Assembly: GCA_964549185.1 (NCBI GenBank)
Contig: CAZJUI010000001.1
Span: 850-64,849 of the forward strand
Length of the DNA: 64,000 bases
Direction: 5' to 3'
Source: Candidatus Woesearchaeota archaeon
GTDB taxonomy: Archaea; Nanobdellota; Nanobdellia; SCGC-AAA011-G17; JAGVZF01
Below the pieces are notes generated by a model. It was not told the DNA's origin, did no database searches, and worked only from the letters and a program-made list of their open reading frames with translations. Made by a program: the position numbers and the translations under genes. Position 1 is the first letter of the stretch; each line of letters opens with the position of its first letter. Below, piece by piece: positions 1 through 9,031 of the stretch.

Positions 1-876
1 ATAGAGAATGATAATGGAGGAAGAGAAATTTACTCAAAAAACAACACTATACAAGATAATCTCATAAATAGTAGTGGTATTGTTATATCATATGGAGATG
101 GTAATAAAATTATAAACAATATAATGAATAACATTGGTGGACAAAGCATTTGGACAGAAAACTGTAACAATAACTTTACAAATAATATAGGAGATGATTT
201 GCCTATTGTCTACGCAAATACTCAAACAGATATTCTAAATCTAAAAGTTGCGCAAATCTTCCTATGCAATGCTCATGGAAGTATAATACAAAATGTGACT
301 GTTATAGGTTCCTTAACAAGGCAGAGTAATGGCATATTTCTAAGAGATACTGATAATGTCATTATTTCTGAATCAAATTCTTCAGGAAATCGTCATGGGG
401 TTTATATTTCTAACAGTAATGATAATATTATCACAAATAACTCATTCTTTAATAACTCAGAGGCTGGTGTTTCAATATTTTCAGGAACAAACAATATAAT
501 AACAAATAACAAATTCATCAAAAATGGACTTTATAATTATGGCTACCCGTTATATGTCAATGCTTATGTAAATTCTGCTGGAAATATCTTTAATATATCA
601 GATATAGGAAACTATTGGAATGATTTTGATCTAAATCCAGGTTATCCAACAAAATATATTATAACTGATCCTATTGCAATAGATTACAGACCATTAAATG
701 ATGATGATAATGATGGTTATCCAGCGTGGAATGAATGTAATGATAAAAATGCAAATATAAATCCCTCTGTTTTAGAACGTTGTAATGGTGTAGATGATAA
801 TTGTGATGGAAGAGTAGATGAAAATTGTTCAGACTATAGACCAATACCAAAAGATAGAAAATATAATTCACCTTAA
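1..876 (+). CDS. Secreted/surface right-handed parallel beta-helix repeat protein, 5' partial. The C-terminal Cys/Asp-rich CNGVDDNCDGRVDENC motif resembles the MopE-type putative metal-binding motif.
   Basis: The reading frame is open from base 1, with no in-frame stop before the annotated Met at 124, so the gene starts upstream of the window. It has repeated N-rich NNIITNN / SNSNDNIITNNSF units typical of pectin-lyase-fold (NosD-like) beta-helix repeats. The C-terminus carries a CxxxDDNCDGxxDE motif. Confidence 0.5.
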   Translation: MENDNGGREIYSKNNTIQDNLINSSGIVISYGDGNKIINNIMNNIGGQSIWTENCNNNFTNNIGDDLPIVYANTQTDILNLKVAQIFLCNAHGSIIQNVTVIGSLTRQSNGIFLRDTDNVIISESNSSGNRHGVYISNSNDNIITNNSFFNNSEAGVSIFSGTNNIITNNKFIKNGLYNYGYPLYVNAYVNSAGNIFNISDIGNYWNDFDLNPGYPTKYIITDPIAIDYRPLNDDDNDGYPAWNECNDKNANINPSVLERCNGVDDNCDGRVDENCSDYRPIPKDRKYNSP

Positions 877-939
877 ATTTCCTTCTTTTCATTAGTAACA
901 ACAAAAACTATATAAATAAAGTTATAAAAATCATCTTTA

Positions 940-1797
940 ATGGTAATAGAATACTTAATGCGTCCGTTTAAGTTTGAACATAAACCTTGGAAGATGTTTT
1001 TTCTTGGTATTCTATATTCATCGATTGCTATCTTTCTAAGTCTATGGATCTTTAAACGTTATTCATCTCTAGTCATGGTATTTCTTACTGTTATAGCTTC
1101 TCTTCCCATAATGTTTAGAGCTTTAAAGATGGAAGAAAAGGCAGACATGCAGATAAATGAAGAAGGTAGATTAATGAAAGAGCATGCTCATGTTATCACT
1201 TTCTTACTTTACTTATTTATGGGTTATTTAGTTGCAATGGCAATCTGGTTTATTGTTCTTCCAGCAGATACAGTTCAAACTTTATTCTCATCTCAGCTAG
1301 AAACTATTGGAATAATAAATTCAAACATTCAAGGCAGTTTTATTTCCTCAACATCAATCTTCATGCAAATTTTGTTAAATAATATAAAAGTTTTAATGTT
1401 CTGTATATTTTTCGCTTTCTTCTACGGCGCAGGAGCATTATTTATATTAACTTGGAATGCTTCTGTTATCAGTGCAGCAATTGGCTCTTTATTCAAAAAT
1501 AAGATAGCAGACATAGCAGCAGCATCTGGCGCTCCTAATTTATTTAATTATTTTCATGTCTTTTCATTTTCAATTTTAAGATATGCAATTCACGGTATTC
1601 CAGAAATCGCAGCTTATTTTGTAGGTGCAATGGCTGGCGGTATTATAAGTGTAGCTATGATAAATCATGATATTGAGTCTGATAGATTTAAGAATATTAT
1701 GATAGATGCCTTAGATTTGACTTTACTTGCTTTATTTATTCTAGTTGTAGCAGCTTTAATGGAAGTAACAATAACACCTTTATTTTTTTCAGCTTAA
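940..1797 (+). CDS. Polytopic membrane protein, SpoIIM/DUF95-like.
   Basis: It has multiple hydrophobic helices. The YGAGALFILTWNASVISAAIG and HGIPEIAAYFVGAMAGG segments resemble the DUF95/SpoIIM family. Its 3' end overlaps the convergent MazF-like gene by 4 nt. Confidence 0.4.
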   Translation: MVIEYLMRPFKFEHKPWKMFFLGILYSSIAIFLSLWIFKRYSSLVMVFLTVIASLPIMFRALKMEEKADMQINEEGRLMKEHAHVITFLLYLFMGYLVAMAIWFIVLPADTVQTLFSSQLETIGIINSNIQGSFISSTSIFMQILLNNIKVLMFCIFFAFFYGAGALFILTWNASVISAAIGSLFKNKIADIAAASGAPNLFNYFHVFSFSILRYAIHGIPEIAAYFVGAMAGGIISVAMINHDIESDRFKNIMIDALDLTLLALFILVVAALMEVTITPLFFSA

Positions 1798-2138
1798 TCT
1801 AAGTTTAAACTTACTTTTAATGCTTTATCAATTTTATCCATTATATACAAATCTAAAGATCCTATTTTTTTGATAAGTCTAGAATTATCTATCGTTCTAA
1901 TTTGATTTAACATTATGGTAGAATCTTTGTCCAATCCAGAATCTTTTTTAGATATAAAAACATTTGTTGGGAATTCTTTTTCATATAATTTTGAAGTAAT
2001 TGCAGCTATTATAGTTACAGGAGAATATTTGTTTGATATATCATTCTGAATTATCAATACAGGTCTTTTTCCTCCCTGTTCTCTTCCTTTTATTGGCTCT
2101 AGGTCAGCTAAAAAAATGTTTCCTCTTTGAATTATCAT
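1794..2138 (-). CDS. MazF/PemK-family type II toxin (mRNA interferase).
   Basis: The sequence GNIFLADLEPIKGREQGGKRPVLIIQND...SPVTIIAAITSK matches the PemK/MazF core: an N-terminal beta strand, a GxEQxGxRP loop and a hydrophobic core. It is preceded on the same strand by a small antitoxin-like gene. Confidence 0.75.
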   Translation of the reverse strand: MIIQRGNIFLADLEPIKGREQGGKRPVLIIQNDISNKYSPVTIIAAITSKLYEKEFPTNVFISKKDSGLDKDSTIMLNQIRTIDNSRLIKKIGSLDLYIMDKIDKALKVSLNLD

Positions 2139-2142
2139 TTCA

Positions 2143-2373
2143 TTACCATTTCCATTCGTCTAAATCTTCAATAGCTTCAAATTCTTTGGTTATCTTTAGA
2201 TTTTCCTTAGCCATTTCTCGACACCCTTCAATTAGTAATTGTTTTTGTTCTCTTTTTGTTTTTTCAGCTATATTCATTAAATTTAGAATTACTTCTTCAT
2301 AAGTCTCTTTACCTGTTTTTAATCTATTCAAGGCATTTTTTACACCTTCATCAATTTGTATTGTGGTTATCAT
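2143..2373 (-). CDS. Cognate antitoxin of the MazF-like toxin (small acidic DNA-binding protein).
   Basis: A 76-aa charged protein lies 4 nt upstream of the MazF-like gene on the same strand. This is the typical antitoxin-first operon order. Its C-terminus is acidic (EDLDEWKW). Confidence 0.5.
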   Translation of the reverse strand: MITTIQIDEGVKNALNRLKTGKETYEEVILNLMNIAEKTKREQKQLLIEGCREMAKENLKITKEFEAIEDLDEWKW

Positions 2374-2417
2374 ATAACTATAGAAATTCTATAGTATATA
2401 AATCTTTTGATTTATTA

Positions 2418-2546
2418 TTAAGCTATCATATTCCAACAAGCAAAACACACATAATAATCTTTACCATACTTACCTTCAGGCATTAAAAAAGCTTCTTTCT
2501 TTGAAATCTCTTTCTTACATCTACTGCATTTTATATTTTCTTCCAT
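2418..2546 (-). CDS. 42-aa CxxC...CxxC zinc-ribbon mini-protein (MEENIKCSRCKKEISKKEAFLMPEGKYGKDYYVCFACWNMIA).
   Basis: I translated this by hand from the minus strand. It is below the 60-aa cutoff of the supplied ORF track. It has two CxxC pairs spaced about 25 aa apart and lies 44 nt upstream of the antitoxin/toxin pair on the same strand. Confidence 0.35.
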   Translation of the reverse strand: MEENIKCSRCKKEISKKEAFLMPEGKYGKDYYVCFACWNMIA

Positions 2547-2642
2547 AATATTAAAACATTAACAAACTTTATTAATCTTTTCTTTAACTCTAGTTTAGTA
2601 GAAAAACAACATTTATATATTCTAACTTAACAATAGTTTATT

Positions 2643-4061
2643 ATGAAAATTTTACTTATTAATCCACCTGCAATTCAAACAATAGAAGAATATGATGAGC
2701 CAGATAATCCAAGTATTTCTATAGCTTATCTAGCCGGTTATCTAAGATCTAAAAACATAGATGTTGATGTAATTGATGCAAAACTAGAAAGATTAAATTT
2801 CGAGCAAACAATTGAAAGATTTAAAAAAAATAAATATGATATTGTCGGCTTAACCTCTTACACTCATGATGTAAAAAATGCTCATAAGCTTGCATCTTTG
2901 ATAAAACAATTAGATAAAAAAGTTTTAACTTTAATTGGCGGAGTTCATGCAACAGCAATTCCAGTTGAGACATTAGAAAAGCTTCCTGATTTTGATGCAG
3001 CTGTAGTAGGAGAAGGCGAATACATGTTATATGATATCGCAAAAGCGTTAGAAGAAAATAAATCATTAAAAGGAATTGAGGGAGTTTATTATCGTGAAAA
3101 TGGACAAATAATTCCAAATCCAATAAGAATGAGAGAACAAAACTTAGATGCTCTTCCTCTCCCAGCATGGGATATGTTTCCAGCAGCTAAAAAATATCAA
3201 ATTATAGGCGCTCGTGGTTGTCCAAATTTCTGTTCATTCTGCATGTCTCCCTATGGGAGGAAAATTATGCGTTTTAGAAGTCCTGAAAATGTTATTCAAG
3301 AATTAGAATGGATAATTAATACTTATCATCCAATCGAAATTAGATTTAACGATGAAACATTCTCTCATGACATGGAAAGAACCCATAAATTACTTGATAT
3401 GATAATTGAAAGAAATTTACATAAAAAAACAACCTTTAGAGCATCAACAAGAGCAAATAAAGTTGACTATCCATTATTATTAAAAATAAAAAAAGCAAAT
3501 TTCTGTTATCTGGAAATTGGAGTAGAAACAGGAGATCCTGAAATAATAATAAAAACCCATAAAGGAATTACAATAGATCAAACAGAAAGAGCAGTTAAGC
3601 TAGCAAAAAAAGCTGGATTAAATGTCGGCTGTGGATTTATCATCGGTCATCCAGGCGAAACAAAAGAAACAGCTCAAAGAACAATGGATTTCATGGTAAA
3701 ACTTAATCCCACTCTAGCTGCTATCGGTTTAATGGTTCCTTATCCAGGAACAGAAGTAGCGGAATTGGCAAAAAGGGGAGAAGCAAATTATCGTTTATTG
3801 TCAACAGATTGGGAAGATTATAATAAACAAATAGGAAATGCATTGGAAATGCAAAACTTTACTAGAAAAGAAATGGAAATGATGCAAGCTCTTGGTTATC
3901 TAAAATTATATTATAAAAATTATAGATTTGGTGATTTAGTAAAATTTGTTTGGACATACAAGTCAGCTGGCTTCATGTTTGTCAAAAAACAATTAGGATT
4001 TGGTAGCAAAAAATCTTCAGGAACACAACTCGGTCCTATAAATGCTATATCTACAGCTTAA
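2643..4061 (+). CDS. B12-binding (class B) radical SAM protein, paralog 1.
   Basis: The N-terminal region is a Rossmann-like cobalamin-binding domain (MKILLINPP...). The radical SAM cysteine triad CxxxCxxC is present as GCPNFCSFC. Length is 472 aa, and the protein is paralogous to the ORFs at 16685, 41313 and 46824. Confidence 0.8.
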   Translation: MKILLINPPAIQTIEEYDEPDNPSISIAYLAGYLRSKNIDVDVIDAKLERLNFEQTIERFKKNKYDIVGLTSYTHDVKNAHKLASLIKQLDKKVLTLIGGVHATAIPVETLEKLPDFDAAVVGEGEYMLYDIAKALEENKSLKGIEGVYYRENGQIIPNPIRMREQNLDALPLPAWDMFPAAKKYQIIGARGCPNFCSFCMSPYGRKIMRFRSPENVIQELEWIINTYHPIEIRFNDETFSHDMERTHKLLDMIIERNLHKKTTFRASTRANKVDYPLLLKIKKANFCYLEIGVETGDPEIIIKTHKGITIDQTERAVKLAKKAGLNVGCGFIIGHPGETKETAQRTMDFMVKLNPTLAAIGLMVPYPGTEVAELAKRGEANYRLLSTDWEDYNKQIGNALEMQNFTRKEMEMMQALGYLKLYYKNYRFGDLVKFVWTYKSAGFMFVKKQLGFGSKKSSGTQLGPINAISTA

Positions 4062-4116
4062 ATTATTTGATTTATAAAAGAATAACCTTTTAAATTTATC
4101 TATCTATTTAATTTAG

Positions 4117-4644
4117 ATGAAAGAAAAAATCTACTCTTTGGCTAAAGGAATTGATGATTGGTTAAATAAAGTTGATAAGGCAATAGATTTTCTTTATAGT
4201 ACCAAAATTGTTCCAACTATTCTATTTGTCCCAATCGGATTAGGTTTGGGATATACTGCATGGAAAGACCTATCAGAAAAATTACAAATACCACGTCCAA
4301 TTATAGCAGAATCTCCGAATTATGCAACGGGAAAAAAACGTGTTAAATTAATGATGAATGTTGAACCAAGAATTGATGTTCATCAAAATGGATCTAATTT
4401 GGAAATAAAAGTTTTTGATGGAGACGATTTTTGTGCAGATGTTTGGTGGGAGGTAGATAATATTAACGATTCAAGAAACCCAAAAGATATTGCCCATGGA
4501 ATGGAAATGTTTCTCCCAGCTAAAGAAGATTCATTTACTATTTCAACAAAGGCAACTGAAAAAGGAGATTATATTGTATCAGTAGTCTATATTGATGGTA
4601 AAAATTTCAAAAGTACTCCAACAAAAAGATTTAGAATTAATTAA
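4117..4644 (+). CDS. Hypothetical protein with one N-terminal transmembrane helix.
   Basis: 175 aa. A hydrophobic segment (IVPTILFVPIGLGLGYTAW) is followed by a soluble domain. I recognise no motif. Confidence 0.35.
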   Translation: MKEKIYSLAKGIDDWLNKVDKAIDFLYSTKIVPTILFVPIGLGLGYTAWKDLSEKLQIPRPIIAESPNYATGKKRVKLMMNVEPRIDVHQNGSNLEIKVFDGDDFCADVWWEVDNINDSRNPKDIAHGMEMFLPAKEDSFTISTKATEKGDYIVSVVYIDGKNFKSTPTKRFRIN

Positions 4645-4649
4645 ATTAG

Positions 4650-5672
4650 TTATAAATATTTCTTCCACATCTTTCCATATTTTCCAGCCATCATCTTATC
4701 GACTTTTTTCTTTCCTACAAATCCATACCATATATCATAATAAATCTGGGCAGCTAATCTCGGTAATTCAAAAAACTTAGTCTGAAATATAAAATGTGTT
4801 AAAGCTTTAGGACTATGTCTCAAAAACATCTCACTTCCAATAACAATATTATAATCTGCTCTTTTAAATTTAAAATGTGGAATTGGATCTCCAGCAATTT
4901 TTGGATGTATCTTTCCAACTCCAATCTTTTGTGCATACATTAAATGTTCAACTTCTTCTGGTTTAAATCCCATAACTTCAGCAGCCACACTATCAATAGC
5001 AACTAAATCATCAGATGCAAATACATATCCAACTTCTAATGGATCTCCTGATTTCGGTCCTTTTCCCTCCATCCCATATAAAGCATCCATCACTCCAAAT
5101 CTTATTCTTGATTTGAAGAAAATATTAACATCGGCTATCGCCTGATCTACAAATAAATGATAATTATGCCTTAAATCATGTATACATCCCCATTGATTCT
5201 TTAAAGCTCCAGTCATTTTTGTTATTTGATGTGTTTTTAAAACAGGCATTGTAATTATTGTATCAGCATTAAGTAAAGTTTCACTTACTTTCAAATGTTT
5301 TAACTTTACTCCTTTCGGATTATCAACTACATTAAATTTATCATAACTTAAACATAAACAAGTTGCTCCATATTTTTTAGCCAATCTATCTATACCTTGA
5401 ACTCTAAAACTTCTATCAGCATACATTCCAGCAGCTGTATTTGTATCAACAATTGTAATCTTCTTTGGCTTCATCCTGCTAACTTCTTTTAACACTCCTT
5501 CTATCACCATTGGAGTTGTTGTACAGCTAGGATATAATTTATCCCAAACAACATTTACTTTTAATACAATATTATCACCTTTAACATGTTTCTGCCAATT
5601 AGCTAGATTCATTGCTTCGCTTACGCTTTTTAATACATCATCCTTGACTTTAACGCTTGCTACCGTACTCAT
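4650..5672 (-). CDS. DUF362-like domain protein.
   Basis: 340 aa. The KTHQITKMTGALKNQWG segment and overall pattern resemble DUF362 (PF04015) proteins. This assignment is from memory and was not searched. Confidence 0.4.
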   Translation of the reverse strand: MSTVASVKVKDDVLKSVSEAMNLANWQKHVKGDNIVLKVNVVWDKLYPSCTTTPMVIEGVLKEVSRMKPKKITIVDTNTAAGMYADRSFRVQGIDRLAKKYGATCLCLSYDKFNVVDNPKGVKLKHLKVSETLLNADTIITMPVLKTHQITKMTGALKNQWGCIHDLRHNYHLFVDQAIADVNIFFKSRIRFGVMDALYGMEGKGPKSGDPLEVGYVFASDDLVAIDSVAAEVMGFKPEEVEHLMYAQKIGVGKIHPKIAGDPIPHFKFKRADYNIVIGSEMFLRHSPKALTHFIFQTKFFELPRLAAQIYYDIWYGFVGKKKVDKMMAGKYGKMWKKYL

Positions 5673-6393
5673 TTTTCTTTAATATTTTATTAAATTTCTC
5701 CCTTATTATTACTTTAAAATATTTTGTCCACATTGTTAAAAACTTTAATTTTGAGCTTCCATAAACTCTCTTCTTATAATTTATTGGTACTTGATCAACT
5801 TTATACCCCATCAAATAAGTCTTAACAGGAATCTCTGTATGTACCTCAAATCCGTTACTTTTCAAGTTTAAATTCTTTACTACTTCCCTTGTATGCAACC
5901 TATATCCAGAACTGCAATCTTCTACTGGAATTCCAGTTATTATTCTAGCAATATTAGCGCAACTTCTGCTTAAAAATACTCTTAAAGCAGGTAATTCAAC
6001 ACTTCCTCCTTTAATAAATCTTGATCCGATAATTAAATCAGCCTTAGTTTCTTCATATTTTTTTAAAAATATTGGAATTGTCTCAGGTTCATGTGACAAA
6101 TCTCCATCTAGCGATATCACTAAATCTCCGCTTGCTTCTCTAAATCCATCCCTAAAAACTCCACCTAATCCATTTCCCCCTTTTCTATGAAGGACTTTAA
6201 CATTTTTATTCTTACTTTTTATCTTGTCACAAATTTCCCCTGTGTTATCATTGCTATTATCATCAATTAATATTACTTCAGAATTAATTTTATTATCTTT
6301 AATTACCTTATTCAATCTATCAAACATTATATTAACATTCTCTCCTTCATTATGCATCGGTATGATAAAACTTACTTTAGTCATTATAATCAC
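5650..6393 (-). CDS. GT2 glycosyltransferase, polyprenyl/dolichyl-phosphate sugar synthase-like (DPM1/ArnC-like).
   Basis: The N-terminus SFIIPMHNEGENV...LIDDNSNDNT carries the GT2 DxD region. Size is 247 aa with no TM segment. It is divergent from the GT-C-like membrane protein at 6452. Confidence 0.75.
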   Translation of the reverse strand: MIIMTKVSFIIPMHNEGENVNIMFDRLNKVIKDNKINSEVILIDDNSNDNTGEICDKIKSKNKNVKVLHRKGGNGLGGVFRDGFREASGDLVISLDGDLSHEPETIPIFLKKYEETKADLIIGSRFIKGGSVELPALRVFLSRSCANIARIITGIPVEDCSSGYRLHTREVVKNLNLKSNGFEVHTEIPVKTYLMGYKVDQVPINYKKRVYGSSKLKFLTMWTKYFKVIIREKFNKILKKNEYGSKR

Positions 6394-6451
6394 ATCAAAA
6401 CGATTAAAATAAAATCCAAAGATATTTATAACTTTCTAATGTAAAAGTATC

Positions 6452-7912
6452 ATGGAAAGCAGTGACAAAAAGATAAATGACAAATGGTTAATCTTGCCAA
6501 TTATTCTACTTTTAGCCTATTTAATTTTCAGATTAGTTGATCAATCCCAGATGATAACAATCTTTCCAATAGACAATGTGGCAAATGATTTTTCTGGCCA
6601 TATGGCAAGGCTTTATTTTTTAGATAAGTATGGTTTTAACCTTGTTCCTGATTGGTTTAATGGAATAACCCCTCTAAAATTCTACCCGCCGTTTTATTAT
6701 ATTGCTACACTTCCTCTTTACAGAATATTAAATAGCATACAAATTACAATGTTTCTATCATTATTATTTTTATATATCCTTGGATTAATAGGATTTTTTG
6801 TTCTTGGTAAGATATTAAATTTTTCTAAAATTAAGTCCTTATTTTTATTTTGTATATTTTTCATTAACCCTGTTGCTATTGGGAATTTTTTAAGACTTGG
6901 AAAAATAGCAGAAATGTTTGCCTGGGTTATTTCAATTTTCTTAATCTCATTAATATTCTATTATAAAGATAAAAAACTTGATAAAAAATTCTTATTCTTA
7001 TTTATCATTCTATATTCCTTATTATTTTATACACATATTTTATTATTCATCGTAATTTCCTTATTCTTAGGCTGTTTATTCTTTTACAAAAGTTTCAAAG
7101 AAAAATTAATTATAATTCTAGGAAGTATTATTTCATTAGTCTTAACTTCATTCTTTTGGTATCCTTTCATAAAAAGAATAAGTGGAAGCGAGATTGATAA
7201 ATTTTATCCATTACAATGGCTAATATCTCCTGGATTCATAAATGATAAGATTGTTTCTTTTATTGTTCCAACAGCTTTGCTTATAATATTTTATCTATAC
7301 AAAAAATCAAATAAAGAAAGGCTTTCGTTTTATGTTCCAATAATAATTTTCTCTGCTTTATATCTAACAAGATTGGCTGTCTTCATCCCCATACTAAACA
7401 GACCCACTCCAGATACCTATAACTTATTCTTGATATTGATATTTACAATATTCTTTTTAAAATTAGATATACAAAGAACATCATTGAAATTTTTAACATA
7501 TATCATAATCATCTTAATGATAATTTCTTCATTTTTACTAACGCCATTATTTGCAAAACATACAGAAGATATTAATAACACAATAAAAATTCTAGATAAA
7601 ATAGATAAAAAATTTATAATTCATAACCCACCTTATAGGGATGGTGCTATGTATTCATATGCCTCAATCTATAAAAATTTATCAACAGCTGGCGGTTGGG
7701 GTTCAGAAGGTGTTAGGAGTAGTTATATCAAAAAGCTTAATAATCTTTACACATCCATAAATAACAAAGATTGTCCTTTGATTAAGAATAATCTAAAAGA
7801 TCTTAATACAACTTATGTAATAGCATATCAAGATTCATGCAAAACTTTAAATAATTGTCTTTTGAGAAGCAAGGCAGTTGAAGGTAATGTCTGTTTATTT
7901 TCAATAAACTAA
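6452..7912 (+). CDS. Polytopic membrane protein, putative GT-C-fold glycosyltransferase.
   Basis: 486 aa, with more than ten hydrophobic helices and a C-terminal soluble segment. It is divergently paired with a Dol-P-sugar-synthase-like GT2. Confidence 0.4.
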   Translation: MESSDKKINDKWLILPIILLLAYLIFRLVDQSQMITIFPIDNVANDFSGHMARLYFLDKYGFNLVPDWFNGITPLKFYPPFYYIATLPLYRILNSIQITMFLSLLFLYILGLIGFFVLGKILNFSKIKSLFLFCIFFINPVAIGNFLRLGKIAEMFAWVISIFLISLIFYYKDKKLDKKFLFLFIILYSLLFYTHILLFIVISLFLGCLFFYKSFKEKLIIILGSIISLVLTSFFWYPFIKRISGSEIDKFYPLQWLISPGFINDKIVSFIVPTALLIIFYLYKKSNKERLSFYVPIIIFSALYLTRLAVFIPILNRPTPDTYNLFLILIFTIFFLKLDIQRTSLKFLTYIIIILMIISSFLLTPLFAKHTEDINNTIKILDKIDKKFIIHNPPYRDGAMYSYASIYKNLSTAGGWGSEGVRSSYIKKLNNLYTSINNKDCPLIKNNLKDLNTTYVIAYQDSCKTLNNCLLRSKAVEGNVCLFSIN

Positions 7913-7915
7913 AAG

Positions 7916-9031
7916 GTGACTAAAATCAAAGTAGGTGTAATACTCGGGACAAGGCCTGAGATAATAAAACTCAGTCCGGTAATAGACGAATGCATAGCTA
8001 GAAATATAGACTTTTTCATAACACACACTGGCCAACATTACTCATATGAACTAGATAAAATATTCCTAGAAGAATTAAAACTTCCCCAGCCAAAATATAA
8101 CATAGAAGTAGGCTCATTATCTCATGGTGCAATGACTGGAAGAATGCTAGAAAGATTAGAAAAAGTATTCTTTCAAGAAAAGCCGGATGTAATCTTGGTA
8201 GAAGGAGATACAAATACTGTATTAGCCGGAGCTTTAACAGCTGTAAAAATGGGAATTAAAGTCGGCCATGTGGAAGCCGGATTAAGGAGTCATGACAAAA
8301 GAATGCCAGAAGAACATAATAGAAGATTGGCAGATCATATCTCGGATTATCTTTTTGCTCCCACCCAACTTACAAAACAAAACTTATTAAAAGAAAATAT
8401 TCCGGAAAAAAATATCTTCGTTACTGGTAACACAATTGTAGATGCAGTAAATAGAAATATAGTAATATCAAATCAAAAATCAGACATCTTAAAAAATCTA
8501 AATCTTAAAAAAGAGGAATATATAGTAACAACTCTCCATCGTCAGGAAAATGTGGACAATCTAGATTTTATAAGGAAAGTTCTTAACACTTTTAAAGAAA
8601 TATCAGATAAATATAGTATAAAAATAGTTTACCCGATTCATCCAAGAACAAATAAAATGATTGATGTTTTTAATATAAGAAAAGAGGTAGAAAAAATTTC
8701 AAATTTAAGTTTAATAACACCTTTGGGGTATATAGATTTCTTAAAATTACAAGCTAATGCAAAAATGGTCATCACAGATTCAGGCGGTATTCAGGAAGAA
8801 TCATGTATTCTAAAAGTGCCATGCACAACATTTAGACTAAGTACTGAACGTCCAGAAACAGTTGAGGTTGGAAGTAATATAGTGTCTGGATTAACGCAAG
8901 AGGGCATGATAAATTCTATACATCATATGATGAATAAAAAAGAAAGAAACTGGATAAATCCTCTAGGTGATGGAACAGCTGCTAAAAAAATAGTAACAGT
9001 ACTGGAAAATGACTCACGATCATTGGGATGA
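7916..9031 (+). CDS. wecB: UDP-N-acetylglucosamine 2-epimerase (non-hydrolysing).
   Basis: Sequences KVGVILGTRPEIIKLSPVI, HTGQHY, VILVEGDTNT and VGHVEAGLRS are hallmarks of WecB/MnaA. GTG start with an upstream AAAAGG. Confidence 0.85.
   Translation: MTKIKVGVILGTRPEIIKLSPVIDECIARNIDFFITHTGQHYSYELDKIFLEELKLPQPKYNIEVGSLSHGAMTGRMLERLEKVFFQEKPDVILVEGDTNTVLAGALTAVKMGIKVGHVEAGLRSHDKRMPEEHNRRLADHISDYLFAPTQLTKQNLLKENIPEKNIFVTGNTIVDAVNRNIVISNQKSDILKNLNLKKEEYIVTTLHRQENVDNLDFIRKVLNTFKEISDKYSIKIVYPIHPRTNKMIDVFNIRKEVEKISNLSLITPLGYIDFLKLQANAKMVITDSGGIQEESCILKVPCTTFRLSTERPETVEVGSNIVSGLTQEGMINSIHHMMNKKERNWINPLGDGTAAKKIVTVLENDSRSLG

Noticed and set aside
671-904. 77-aa minus-strand ORF rich in His/Tyr/Leu, antisense to the beta-helix gene
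   Set aside because: It has low-complexity composition and lies fully inside a better-supported coding region on the opposite strand. It is a typical antisense artefact of AT-rich DNA.
2033-2486. Two plus-strand ORFs (2033..2302, 2256..2486) overlapping the MazF/antitoxin genes
   Set aside because: They are hydrophobic, low-complexity translations antisense to well-supported toxin-antitoxin genes. The real small gene in this region is the minus-strand 42-aa zinc-ribbon ORF.
2821-3168. 115-aa minus-strand ORF inside B12-radical SAM paralog 1
   Set aside because: It is antisense to a gene with a clear domain signature. Its Leu-rich composition reflects an AT-rich antisense frame.
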